In this document: positions 18,722 through 27,980 of the stretch, piece after piece
Layout of the letters: every line of letters starts with the position of its first letter
Position numbering within the stretch: position 1 is the stretch's first letter
Assembly (NCBI GenBank): GCA_963815655.1
Contig: CAWFHK010000001.1
Span: forward strand, 3,930,664 to 3,994,663
Source of the DNA: an uncultured Acidobacteriota bacterium
GTDB lineage: Bacteria; Acidobacteriota; Thermoanaerobaculia; UBA5066; Gp7-AA6
Length of the DNA stretch: 64,000 nt
Direction of reading: 5' to 3'
The notes under the pieces: model-generated
What the model was told of the DNA's origin: nothing
What the model saw: only the letters and a program-made list of their open reading frames with translations
The model's database searches: none
Position numbers and translations under genes: made by a program

Positions 18722-19978
18722 CTACTCGAAGAGCCGGCCCCCCGGCTCGAGCGACTCGAAGTACTCCAGGTAGCGCCGCCTCTGCTCCGGCTCGCCGTAG
18801 AGCCGCTCGGCGGTCTCGCGCGCCTTCCGCGAGGCGGCGGCGTACTTCCCGGGGTCGTCCCAGAGCTCGCAGACCGCCTCGAACCACGGGCGGATCTCCT
18901 CCGCTTCCGGAACCACGAGGCTCTTCTCCGGCAGCCTGTCGGGGACCGGGAGCACGCGCCCGGCTCCGGCGACCGTCTGCGGCAGTCCCCCGCGGTCGCT
19001 CACGAGCGGCGGGATCCCGTTGATCATCGCTTCCGCCGCGACGCGGCCGAAGGGATCGGGAAACAACGAGGGGACGAGCAGGAGCTTCGTCAGCGCGAAG
19101 AAGTCGGCCGGCCGCGGCAGCGGGGGAGCGGCCATGATCTGAGGGTACTTTCCGAAGTCGATGCCGGGAATGGCGTTCAACGCCCCCGCGCTCGAGGCCG
19201 ACTGCACGACGAGGATCGGGATGTCGGGGCGGGTCGAGCCGAGCATGTCGGCGAGCCGCGCGAACACGCCGGCGCCCTTGTGCGGCGAGGGATTGACGTA
19301 TGTGACGAAATTCCGCGACTCTTCCGGCGCAAGCACCTCGGACCAGTCGATCGGCGAGGCGATGCCGACGCTGCGAAGCCCGATCTTCTCGCGGTACAGG
19401 TCGGAGAGGTACCGGCTCGTGGTGAAGACGTGATCCACGTGCTCGAAGAAGCGCCGGTCCTCGTACCCGTGGTTGCGGAGCGTGAAGACCGTCGCGACAC
19501 CGCGGGCCTGCGCGCGCCGCAGGGATTCGGCGACGACCGGATGCGAACCGTAGGTCAGGAGCAGATCGGGCCGGAACTCGCCGAGCTGTTGATCGAGCAG
19601 GAAGAGGAACTGCTCGGATTCGAGGTGGTCGGGATTCCGCCCCTCGTTGTGCCGGGTCAGGAGCATCGTGACCGCCGCGCCCCCGAGCGCGAAGTGGACG
19701 GTCGGCCGGCCGACCATCCTGTTGGCGGGTTTCCGAACCGACCGCACGAACGCGGGCGCCGGCGGCTGGCGCGCCACCTCGACGCCGAGGCCGGCCAGGT
19801 GCTCGTCGAGGTCGGGCGGCCGGGCGTCGAAGCGGGCCGTGGCGAGCACCCGGCAGTCGTGGCCCGCCTCCGCCAGCCACTTCATCAGGATCCGGATGCT
19901 GCGCGCGGCGCCGCTTTCCCTGTCGGTGTACGCGTTGTGAACGGCGAGAAGGATCCGCACGAGCCCACGCGGTACCAC
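18722..19978 (-). CDS. glycosyltransferase family 1 (GT4, GT-B fold)
   Basis: N-terminal ILLAVHNAY...GG and C-terminal E..G.P...SD.GG motifs typical of GT4 retaining glycosyltransferases. Confidence 0.8.
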   Translation of the reverse strand: MVPRGLVRILLAVHNAYTDRESGAARSIRILMKWLAEAGHDCRVLATARFDARPPDLDEHLAGLGVEVARQPPAPAFVRSVRKPANRMVGRPTVHFALGGAAVTMLLTRHNEGRNPDHLESEQFLFLLDQQLGEFRPDLLLTYGSHPVVAESLRRAQARGVATVFTLRNHGYEDRRFFEHVDHVFTTSRYLSDLYREKIGLRSVGIASPIDWSEVLAPEESRNFVTYVNPSPHKGAGVFARLADMLGSTRPDIPILVVQSASSAGALNAIPGIDFGKYPQIMAAPPLPRPADFFALTKLLLVPSLFPDPFGRVAAEAMINGIPPLVSDRGGLPQTVAGAGRVLPVPDRLPEKSLVVPEAEEIRPWFEAVCELWDDPGKYAAASRKARETAERLYGEPEQRRRYLEYFESLEPGGRLFE

Positions 19979-20218
19979 CGACGTGCCCGCCCGTCAAGAG
20001 CGATGCGGGCTCCGAGTCGTCTGCCGGTGGACCGTAACACCCGAATCGCAAGTGGCGCTCTCGAGGCGCGTGTTCCTTTCGAATCCGCCCCGGGGTCGGG
20101 CCGGCCTCCCTCCGTCGCACGCGACGGCCCAGCCGCGAAAGACAGAACCTGGCCGTCGCTTGTCGTTCAGTCGCACTGAAAGCGAGGCGATTGCAGTCGC
20201 GTCCCCGCTCCTTCACTC

Positions 20219-20751
20219 ACGCTCCTCCGGGAGGGGGCCCGTTGAGGTTGCAGAGGTTGATGTTGGGAGTGAAGTGCCCCGGGCCCGTGGACTGGACGAG
20301 GCCGAGGATCTCGACGGTGCAGGCTTCCAGGTGCACGAGGTCGGCGCCCGGGTCGGCCCCCTTGCTGCTGACGCCGCCGTCGTCGTCGATCAGCAGATCG
20401 CAGCAGGCCTTGCGATGTTGTGCCCCGCGTAGCGATCGACGGCAGCGTCCTTGCCGCCGACGGTGATCTGCATGGAGCAGGCGCTCGCGCCCGAGGGTGA
20501 GGCGGGATCGTCGCCCGGGATGTGGCCGTTCGAAGTGATGATCAGATCACCGGCGACCGCGTACGGGCCGCAGAGAGAAACCGTCGTGCTGATGACCGTG
20601 GGTAAGAGGAGGCGGAAGGGCCAGGCTCCGTTTTTCCCCGCAACAGGAAGAATCCCGCCGCCAGCAACGCAATCAACAGCCACGTTTCCCGGTTTCTCTT
20701 CAGTGCCGCGATGTTCACCCTCCTCCGAAGTTCTTGATGAGCGGAGCCCAT
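20219..20751 (-). pseudogene. membrane-anchored small secreted protein disrupted by two frameshifts
   Basis: A true ATG at 20751 gives an N-terminus with a TM anchor ([37 protein letters not shown]...) that stops at ~20542. The protein-like sequence continues in a second frame (...TVISTTVSLCGPYAVAGDLIITSNGHIPGDD...) and then a third (...CCDLLIDDDGGVSSKGADPGADLVHLEACTVEILGLVQSTGPGHF...*). Confidence 0.35.
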
Positions 20752-20884
20752 AACACGCGATGGCCGGCAACGTCAATTGGACATTGGTCCAGACCAGGAA
20801 CCAATCCTCGCATCTCCTTGCGCGGGCCCGGCTTCGCCTCTCTGTTACTGTGTTATAGATGCCACGAAAGAAATCGAAAACATC

Positions 20885-22069
20885 ATGAAGAGAAGAGGCG
20901 GTACTGGAGCGCGGATCGGTGTCTTCGCCGGTGCCCTGGCCTCAGCCGTCCTGGTCCTGGGCGCAACCCGGGGCCCCGCACCGGTGGACGTCTTGACGAT
21001 CGGGACGGTGAACGTCTCGTCCGGCACGGGCCAGGTCAAGGTCCCGTTCTCGATCCAGGACAACACCGGCACCCTGATCGGCCGCGACAAGGGCGCGGGC
21101 CTGCGGATCACGATCTTCGCGGCGCAGGTGGTCTACGGGCCCAACGCCTGCATCGACACGCCGTCTTCGGCGAGCGCGCGCATCGACCTGACCGGCGGCA
21201 TCCTCGCCAGCCAGAGCGCGGACCTTGACAGCCGCGTCAAGGTGGCCAACACGTCGCAGACCTGGTTCTACTCCTCGGCGGAGTCGAACGGGCTCATCCC
21301 CTTCACGGCGGCGGCCAGCCCCGGAGACCTGATGGGACAACTGGTCTTCGACCTGACCGGCTGCCCGGCCGGCCCGATCAGCCTGACCGTCACCGCGTCC
21401 GGCGCGGCGCAAGCCCTGCTCAGCTCCGACAGTGGCATGTCCGAGACTTCCGGCAGCGGTCTCACGGTCGTCAACGGCGCGATCAACATCACTCTCCCCA
21501 CGAGCACGCCGACGAACACTCCGACCAATACGCCGACGAATACGCCCACGAGCACGCCGACGAGGACGCCGACCGGCACGCCGACCAACACGCCGACACT
21601 CACGCAGACGCCGACGAACACACCGACGTTTACGCCGACGAACACGCCCACGATCACGCCGACGGTTACCTTCACGAACACGCCGACGCTCACGCCGACC
21701 GGCACGCAGTCGCCGACCTTCACGCCGACGCTCACGCCGACGAACACGCCGACGAACACGCCGACGGCCACGGTGACGAACACGCCGACGAACACGCCGA
21801 CCGGCACTCCGCCGCCGACGATCACGCCGACGTTCACGGCGACGAACACGCCCACGATCACGGCGACGTTCACGGTGACCAACACCCCGACGAACACGCC
21901 GGTCGCGACGGTGACGCCGACGACGACCCCGATTCCGCCCCCGACCACGACGCCGGTTCCGGGAGCGATTCCGGCAAACATCCCGACGCTGGACGGACGG
22001 TCGCTCGCTTTCCTCGCCGCGCTCCTCGCGGCTGCCGGCCTGCTGCTGTCGAAGCGCCTTTCCGGGTAG
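20885..22069 (+). CDS. IPTL-CTERM sorting-signal protein with extended Thr-Pro (TPTNTP) repeat linker
   Basis: Signal peptide ([27 protein letters not shown]). About 150 aa of TPTNTP-type repeats, encoded by an 18-bp DNA tandem at 21490-21960. The C-terminus is [30 protein letters not shown], i.e. an IPTL motif, a TM helix and a basic tail. Confidence 0.7.
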   Translation: MKRRGGTGARIGVFAGALASAVLVLGATRGPAPVDVLTIGTVNVSSGTGQVKVPFSIQDNTGTLIGRDKGAGLRITIFAAQVVYGPNACIDTPSSASARIDLTGGILASQSADLDSRVKVANTSQTWFYSSAESNGLIPFTAAASPGDLMGQLVFDLTGCPAGPISLTVTASGAAQALLSSDSGMSETSGSGLTVVNGAINITLPTSTPTNTPTNTPTNTPTSTPTRTPTGTPTNTPTLTQTPTNTPTFTPTNTPTITPTVTFTNTPTLTPTGTQSPTFTPTLTPTNTPTNTPTATVTNTPTNTPTGTPPPTITPTFTATNTPTITATFTVTNTPTNTPVATVTPTTTPIPPPTTTPVPGAIPANIPTLDGRSLAFLAALLAAAGLLLSKRLSG

Positions 22070-22079
22070 GAGTACGATC

Positions 22080-24104
22080 ATGACAAGTTCCTCGAGTGAA
22101 TGGAGAAAATGCTCAGGGGCTCGTCGGGCGCCGGCGGCCAGGCTCGCCCTGCTCGTCCTGCCCGCGCTTCTCCTGGGGTCTCGTCCGGGATCGGCCGCGA
22201 CCCCCGCCCGGAAAGCACGAGTGGACGCCGTCATTCCGCGAGAGGCCGTCCAGGCCCTGTCGTCGGAGCAGAGGACCACCCCGCTCTCCCTGTCCGTATT
22301 TCGCGGCCTCTCGAAATCGGAGGCCGAGGTCGTCTTCGGGGCTTCACAGGCAGCCGTCTACGCCGAGAAGGGGGGAATCGTCTACGCTCTGACGACCTCC
22401 TCCGCGCCGCGCGCGACCCGGATGTTGCTGGCCCGGCGCCCGTCGCTCACGCCGACGGACCCGTGGGCAAAGGCCCGCTTCCTGAGAACCACAACGGCCG
22501 AGGCGTTCGCGTCCGCCGTCAACTCTCTCCTGCCGGGCCTCACCCGGGGCGCGTACGGAGCGTACCTGACGAAGTTTCCCTACACGCTCGAGCTATCCGC
22601 GGCGGCCGCGGCGTCCCTGCCGAAAGGGCCTGCAGCCCGACCGGCGCGCCCCGCGGCGCCCAGGACCGCCGGGACCGTCCTGTCCGAGACGTTCGAGACC
22701 GACCCGTTCGCGAGCCGGTGGGCCCAGACCAGCCTGGACGGGGACGGGGGCACGATCGAGTGGGGCTGGACGACTTGCGACGCGCATACCGGCTCGCACT
22801 CGATCGACGGCGTTCGGGGCGGCACGACCGGGAGCACGATCGGGTGCGCCTCGGCATACCCCGCGAACCAGTTCAACCTCATCAACTACACCACTTACCT
22901 CGACATGACCGGAGCCTCCACCCAGGCCTGGATGGAAGTCTTCATGAACATGGTCACGGAGAACAACCCCAACAACGACTTCGTGGGGATCCTCTTCCGC
23001 GACCCGCTCCATATCTCCCAACTCCACGGGTTCCGTTACTCCGGGGATCAGGCGGGGGCGTGGTGGCGATTCCTTTTCAACCTGAAGGAGTGGACGCCGC
23101 ACCTCGACCTCACGCTCCACGACGACAATGTCCTCGCCCTCGTGTTCGGGTCCAATGCCACGACCCAGTCCGGGTTCGGGGCCCGCGTCGACGACCTCAC
23201 GATCACGACGGACACGACCCCGGGGATGACCTGCAACGCGGCGGTCGACATCGCGTATGGACAGGTGCCTGTCTCCGTCACGCTGACCGGCAGCACGACC
23301 GGCGGGACGGGGTCGCCGACCTTCATCTGGGACCCACTCGACGGCAGCTCCCAGGTCGCGGGTCAGGTTCTGATGCACACGTACACCGTGCCCGGAGAGT
23401 ACCAGCCCGACATGTTCGCCACCGACACGGTCAGCGGCGTCACGACTCGCTGCACGGCGTCCGTGCACGTCACGGCCGCGCGGAGCGCCATGGGCGTCGA
23501 CCGCCCGAACGACGTCTGCAGCGCCGCCAAGCTCATCCCCACCAGTTCATTCAGCGAAGCCTTCTCGGCGGTCGGCTACACGCAGGACCCCGACGAGCCC
23601 CAGCCCTGCGGGCCGGCGATCGGCGCCACCGCGTGGTACAAGTTCGTCGCTCCTTCCACCGGGACGGCGCTCATCTCGCTCTGCTCATCCAATTACGACA
23701 CCGTCCTCGGCGTGTACACCGGGTCCTGCGGCAGCTTTACGACCCGGGGCTGTAACGACGACGACGCGTCGTGCGGCGGCAACCCCGCCGCCTCGAAGCT
23801 CACGCACGTCCAGATGACGAACGGGACCACGTACTGGATCCAGGTGGGCGCTTCCGGCGGCTATGGCTCACAACCCGGAAATGCCCAGATCGACTTCACG
23901 TTCACGCCGGGAGTCAACGGCGACGCGGACGGGAACGGGATCGTCAACGGGCTCGATGTCGTCTACCTCATCAACTACATCTTCGCGGGAGGCCCCGCCC
24001 CCCTGGGGCCGGTGGACGCGAACGGGGACGGGAACGTCAACGGACTCGACATCGTCTACCTCATCAACTACATCTTCGCGGGAGGACCGGCGCCGGTGCC
24101 CTGA
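22080..24104 (+). CDS. secreted protein with PPC (pre-peptidase C-terminal-like) domain and C-terminal dockerin-type repeat pair
   Basis: Signal peptide. PPC-like segment (AWYKFVAPSTGTALISL...YDTVLGVYTG...TTYWIQVG). Two dockerin-like Ca-binding repeats (DADGNGIVNGLDVVYLINYIF and DANGDGNVNGLDIVYLINYIF). Confidence 0.7.
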   Translation: MTSSSSEWRKCSGARRAPAARLALLVLPALLLGSRPGSAATPARKARVDAVIPREAVQALSSEQRTTPLSLSVFRGLSKSEAEVVFGASQAAVYAEKGGIVYALTTSSAPRATRMLLARRPSLTPTDPWAKARFLRTTTAEAFASAVNSLLPGLTRGAYGAYLTKFPYTLELSAAAAASLPKGPAARPARPAAPRTAGTVLSETFETDPFASRWAQTSLDGDGGTIEWGWTTCDAHTGSHSIDGVRGGTTGSTIGCASAYPANQFNLINYTTYLDMTGASTQAWMEVFMNMVTENNPNNDFVGILFRDPLHISQLHGFRYSGDQAGAWWRFLFNLKEWTPHLDLTLHDDNVLALVFGSNATTQSGFGARVDDLTITTDTTPGMTCNAAVDIAYGQVPVSVTLTGSTTGGTGSPTFIWDPLDGSSQVAGQVLMHTYTVPGEYQPDMFATDTVSGVTTRCTASVHVTAARSAMGVDRPNDVCSAAKLIPTSSFSEAFSAVGYTQDPDEPQPCGPAIGATAWYKFVAPSTGTALISLCSSNYDTVLGVYTGSCGSFTTRGCNDDDASCGGNPAASKLTHVQMTNGTTYWIQVGASGGYGSQPGNAQIDFTFTPGVNGDADGNGIVNGLDVVYLINYIFAGGPAPLGPVDANGDGNVNGLDIVYLINYIFAGGPAPVP

Positions 24105-24130
24105 ATCGCCGGCCACCCCGATCCGGACGA

Positions 24131-24165
24131 GAAGCCCCGGCGCCGCCGGGGCTTCATTGTTGTTG
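24131..24165. terminator. intrinsic terminator hairpin between convergent genes
   Basis: GC palindrome AGCCCCGGCGCCGCCGGGGCT followed by TCATTGTTGTT. It lies between the stops at 24104 (+) and 24175 (-). Confidence 0.5.
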
Positions 24166-24174
24166 AACCGTCTG

Positions 24175-25518
24175 TCATCGGCCGGACACGACGCTCGCGG
24201 AGGCCGGGCCGGGATTTCCTGCGAGCAGGACCCCGGGGAGATCTCCGCGCAGCTCGAGCAGCCGGGCGCGCGCGGCGACGAGGCCCTGGCTCGCCTGGGA
24301 TTCGTCGTCCGCGGCTCTCGCCGCGGCGATCTCGGCGCGGTCGATGGCGTCGGGCTCGCCGCGGCCTTCGTCGGCAAGCGCCTTCTCGACGGCCAGCGCC
24401 TGCGCCGCGACCGCGAGGGCCCGCGTCGCGAGCTGCCTCTGCAACGCCGCCTTCGCCGCCTCGATCTCGGCGCGCCGCACCGCGAGCTCGACGTCGCGCT
24501 CGCGGGCGCGCCGGTCCGCCCGGATCCTGTCGAGGCGGGCCTGCGCCGCGGCCTGTCCCTGCGCGAGGCGTCCGCCGGTCCAGAGCGGCACGGCGACCGA
24601 GACTCCCACCGCCCAGTCGTTCGCCTTGAACTTGACGAAGTACTGGTCGAAATTGTTGAAATTCGCCAGCCGCATGTACTGCCCCTCCGCCTGGACGACC
24701 GGGAGCCAGGCGCGCCTCTGGAGGAAGGCGGCGCGGTCGAGCGCGGCCTCCTGCCGCGAGAGGGCCGCGAGTGCGGGATCCGCGGCGCGCGCGGCGGCGA
24801 GATGGTTGCCGGGCGCGGGCTCGGGGAGGGCCGCGAGCGGGTCCTCGGCGGCGTCGAGAGCCTCGCCGCGCGGCGCGTCCACGAGCCAGGCGAGCTCCAG
24901 CCGGTCGAGCTCCGCCTCGCCTTGGCGGTCGGCCAGCGCCTGCTTGGCGCGCGCGACGTCGAGGCCCGCCTGCGCAGCGTCGAGGCTCGTCCGCCGCCCT
25001 TCGCGGGCGAGCGCGGTGACGCGGCGCAGCATCGCCTCGCGCGCCTCGAGCTCCCTCCGGGCGTTGCCGATCCTCCGGCGATCCTCCCAGTTGCGCGCAT
25101 AGGAGAGGACGAGAGCGCGCGCCGTCGCGGAGCTCGCGAGGGCGGAGGCCCCGGCCAGGCCTTCCGCGCCGGCCTGCGCTTCGAGGGCCTCGGCGCGGCG
25201 GGCGGGGTCGTAGAGAGTCTGGTGGACCTCGAGGCCGAACACGGCGGGGACCCTCCCCGCGACCGCGACGGGAAGGCCGCTCGAGTATCCGGGAGTCGTG
25301 GTCGCGAAGGCCTGGGGATGGAATCCCGCGGCGGCGGCTCCGGCGCGGCCCGCCGACTCCGCGGCCGCGGCCCGCGCCGACGCGGTCTCCGGCGCGTGGG
25401 CCAGGGCCAGCTCCGCGGCGCGGCGGAGCGTCAACGGTGCGGCCGCCGGCGCCTGGCCGGAAACCGGGAGAGCGGGCAGCGCGGCGGCGAAGAGCAGGGC
25501 GAGTCCCGGTCTATTCAT
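24175..25518 (-). CDS. TolC-family outer-membrane efflux protein
   Basis: Signal peptide. Two-repeat alpha-helical/beta-barrel OMF composition with Ala/Arg-rich coiled-coil heptads. Last gene of an MFP-permease-OMF operon. Confidence 0.75.
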   Translation of the reverse strand: MNRPGLALLFAAALPALPVSGQAPAAAPLTLRRAAELALAHAPETASARAAAAESAGRAGAAAAGFHPQAFATTTPGYSSGLPVAVAGRVPAVFGLEVHQTLYDPARRAEALEAQAGAEGLAGASALASSATARALVLSYARNWEDRRRIGNARRELEAREAMLRRVTALAREGRRTSLDAAQAGLDVARAKQALADRQGEAELDRLELAWLVDAPRGEALDAAEDPLAALPEPAPGNHLAAARAADPALAALSRQEAALDRAAFLQRRAWLPVVQAEGQYMRLANFNNFDQYFVKFKANDWAVGVSVAVPLWTGGRLAQGQAAAQARLDRIRADRRARERDVELAVRRAEIEAAKAALQRQLATRALAVAAQALAVEKALADEGRGEPDAIDRAEIAAARAADDESQASQGLVAARARLLELRGDLPGVLLAGNPGPASASVVSGR

Positions 25519-26716
25519 AGCGGAGAGCCTCCGTCGGGTTGAGATGCGCGGCGCGGTAGGCCGGCACGACGCCGAACACGACCGTGACGCCGCAGGAGAA
25601 GAGGAACGCGAGGAGAGCGGAGAGTCCCGAGACCCGGATCAGGAAGGTCTTGACGAAGGGGCGCAGCAGGAGCGGGAGGCCCATGCCCACGACGACGCCG
25701 ATCAGGGCGCCGATCGCGCCGAGCATCAGGGCCTCGAGCAGGAACTGGCGGAGGATGTCGCGCCGCCGGGCTCCGACCGACATGCGGACGCCGATCTCCC
25801 GGGTGCGCTGCTCGACCGAGGCGAGCAGGATGTTCATGATCCCGACGCCGCCGACGACGACCGAGACGGCCGCCGCGGCGATGAACGCGGCGATCAGGCC
25901 GAAGGAGATCGTGCGGGCGACGCGGATGACTGTCGTCATGGTCTTGACCTTGAAGACCGAGCCCTGGTGGTGGCGCTCCTTCAACAGCTCCTCGACCGCC
26001 GCCGCGGCGTTCGGGATCTCGGAGAACTCCCGCACCTCGGCGAACACCGTGTCCACGCGCCGCGTCGGCGTGAAGAACCAGGCGACGGTGACCGGGATGA
26101 AGATCGAATACGGGGTGACTTCTCCCTGGCCCATTGTGTCCACGGGCTTGTCGAACTCGCCGACGACCTGGAAGGTCATCCCGAGAGTGCGGATCGTCTT
26201 GTCCGGGGAGTCGTCGTTTCCGAAGAGGTCGTGGTAGAGCGGCTGGCTGACGACGCACACCTTCGCGCGCTGGGAGACGTCGTCCTCGTCGAGGAACCGG
26301 CCGCGCAGGATCCGCAGATTCTTCCGGACGGAGGCGTAGTTGGGCGTCGTCCCGAGGACGGCGAGGTCCAGGGCCCGGGAGAGGACGGAGACGGTGCCGT
26401 GGAGCTGGACAAGCGGAGTGACGCCGGAGAAGAGATCGGCGCGCGCCTCGACGGCGCGCACGTCCGCGTCGGTGATCCGGTCCTCCGTCGTGCGCGAAAC
26501 GCCGGCCGTGACCGTTCCCTCGTAGCTCGCCCAGATCAGGTGCGACCCGACCCCTTCGATCTGCGACATGACGAAGGTACGACCGGTCAGTCCCAGCGCG
26601 ACGATGATGATGATCGCGGACGTCCCGACGACGAGCCCCGCCAGCGTCAGCGCGGTCTGGACGGGATGCGTCCGGAACCGGTGCATCGCCGTCTCAAACG
26701 TTTCCCGCGTGAACAT
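25511..26716 (-). CDS. ABC transporter permease, FtsX/MacB-type (no fused ATPase domain)
   Basis: N-terminal TM, a large periplasmic domain, then 3 C-terminal TM helices of the FtsX fold (...GIMNILLASVEQRTREIGVRMSVGA...). Overlaps tolC by 8 bp. Confidence 0.8.
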   Translation of the reverse strand: MFTRETFETAMHRFRTHPVQTALTLAGLVVGTSAIIIIVALGLTGRTFVMSQIEGVGSHLIWASYEGTVTAGVSRTTEDRITDADVRAVEARADLFSGVTPLVQLHGTVSVLSRALDLAVLGTTPNYASVRKNLRILRGRFLDEDDVSQRAKVCVVSQPLYHDLFGNDDSPDKTIRTLGMTFQVVGEFDKPVDTMGQGEVTPYSIFIPVTVAWFFTPTRRVDTVFAEVREFSEIPNAAAAVEELLKERHHQGSVFKVKTMTTVIRVARTISFGLIAAFIAAAAVSVVVGGVGIMNILLASVEQRTREIGVRMSVGARRRDILRQFLLEALMLGAIGALIGVVVGMGLPLLLRPFVKTFLIRVSGLSALLAFLFSCGVTVVFGVVPAYRAAHLNPTEALRYE

Positions 26717-27913
26717 CTACGAACGGCGATCCGGGGACGTTACGCGAAGACCGTCCGACAGCGGAACTGTTCCGGGCAAGATGACAACGTCGTTGTCCCG
26801 CAAGCCGTTCGTGATCTCGACGTCGTTGACGCCGATGAGGCCGATCGTGACGTCGCGCCGGCGCGCGCGGCCGTCCTCGAGCCGATAGACGAAGCGGCGG
26901 TCTCCGTCGCGGAAGAGGGCCGCGCGGGGAACGGCCAGGGCGCCGTGCTTCTCTCCCGTCACGATCTGCACGTTGACGGAGGCGTTGGGGGGAAGGGACA
27001 GGGTCTTGTCGGAGATCTCTCCCAGCACCTCGCCCACCTCGCGGCCGGCGGCTTGCCGGACGCCGGGCGACACGGCGAGGACCTTCCCCTCCCAGCGCCG
27101 GTCGGGCAGGCCGTCGAACAGGACGATGAGCCGCTGGCCCACCGCGACGCGCGGGAGGTCCGGCTGGTCCACGCGCGCCCGCACGCGCAGGTGCTCGGGG
27201 TCGGCCACGCCCGCGACCACCTGCCCGGCCGAAACGGTCTCTCCCGCCTTCCGCGGCAGGCCGTAGACGGTCCCCTCGAACGGGGCGGCGACGGTGAGGG
27301 CGGCCACGCGGCGCTCGAGCTCCCGCGCGGAGGTTTCGGCGAGCTCGAGACGGGACGGACCGGCGCCCGACCCGGCCAGCGATTCGAAGCGAGCCTGCGC
27401 CACGCGGAGGCGCTCGACTCCCTGGCGGTAGGCGAGCTCGTCCGTCTCGTAGGTCGCTCGGGGGATGGCCGACTGGCTCAGGAGCCGGGCGTCCGCCTCG
27501 AAGGTCTCCCTCGCGCGGGCCGTCTCCCGCTTCTGCTGCTCGAGATCTCCCTCCGCGCGGATCCTCTCCTCGGAGAGCTGGGCGGCCGTCGAGCGCGCCT
27601 GCAGAGCGGACTGGGTCAGCTCCGGGCTCTGGAGGACGACGAGCGGCGCCCCCTTCGCGACGCGATCCCCCTCGCGCGCGGGGATGGACGCGACCGTCGC
27701 CGCCTCGGGTGCCCGCAGCTCTCCGCCCGCCGGCGGCTCCAGGCTGCCGTCGGAGAGGATCGGAACGACGAGGTCCCTGCGCGCGACGCGCGCGGTCTGG
27801 ACCGGCACGCCGCTCGGGCCCCGGAAAGCGACGGCCGCGAGGATCACGACGAGCAGGACGGCCATGCCGGCCGCCCAGCGCCAGGGGATCCGGAAGCCGG
27901 GGTCTTCCTTCAA
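26717..27913 (-). CDS. efflux periplasmic adaptor (HlyD/MacA-family membrane fusion protein)
   Basis: N-terminal TM segment, coiled-coil hairpin and beta-barrel/lipoyl-like segments. The start may be TTG at 27913 or the internal ATG at 27865. Confidence 0.75.
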   Translation of the reverse strand: MKEDPGFRIPWRWAAGMAVLLVVILAAVAFRGPSGVPVQTARVARRDLVVPILSDGSLEPPAGGELRAPEAATVASIPAREGDRVAKGAPLVVLQSPELTQSALQARSTAAQLSEERIRAEGDLEQQKRETARARETFEADARLLSQSAIPRATYETDELAYRQGVERLRVAQARFESLAGSGAGPSRLELAETSARELERRVAALTVAAPFEGTVYGLPRKAGETVSAGQVVAGVADPEHLRVRARVDQPDLPRVAVGQRLIVLFDGLPDRRWEGKVLAVSPGVRQAAGREVGEVLGEISDKTLSLPPNASVNVQIVTGEKHGALAVPRAALFRDGDRRFVYRLEDGRARRRDVTIGLIGVNDVEITNGLRDNDVVILPGTVPLSDGLRVTSPDRRS

Positions 27914-27925
27914 GGCTCGCTTCGC

Positions 27926-27975
27926 TCGCCCGGGACTCGGGACTCGAGACTCGGGACTCGGAATTCGGGATTCGA
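27926..27975. repeat. GGGACTCG octamer tandem array (~5 copies) just upstream of the efflux operon start
   Basis: CCCGGGACTCGGGACTCGAGACTCGGGACTCGGAATTCGGGATTCG. The same octamer array recurs at 40.25-40.37 kb. Confidence 0.8.
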
Positions 27976-27980
27976 TGCGC

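Noticed and set aside
21268-21981. Minus-strand ORF encoding VGVFVGV repeats and the plus-strand RRTRRR ORF at 21432-21776.
   Set aside because: Alternate-frame translations of the Thr-Pro repeat DNA of the IPTL-CTERM gene.
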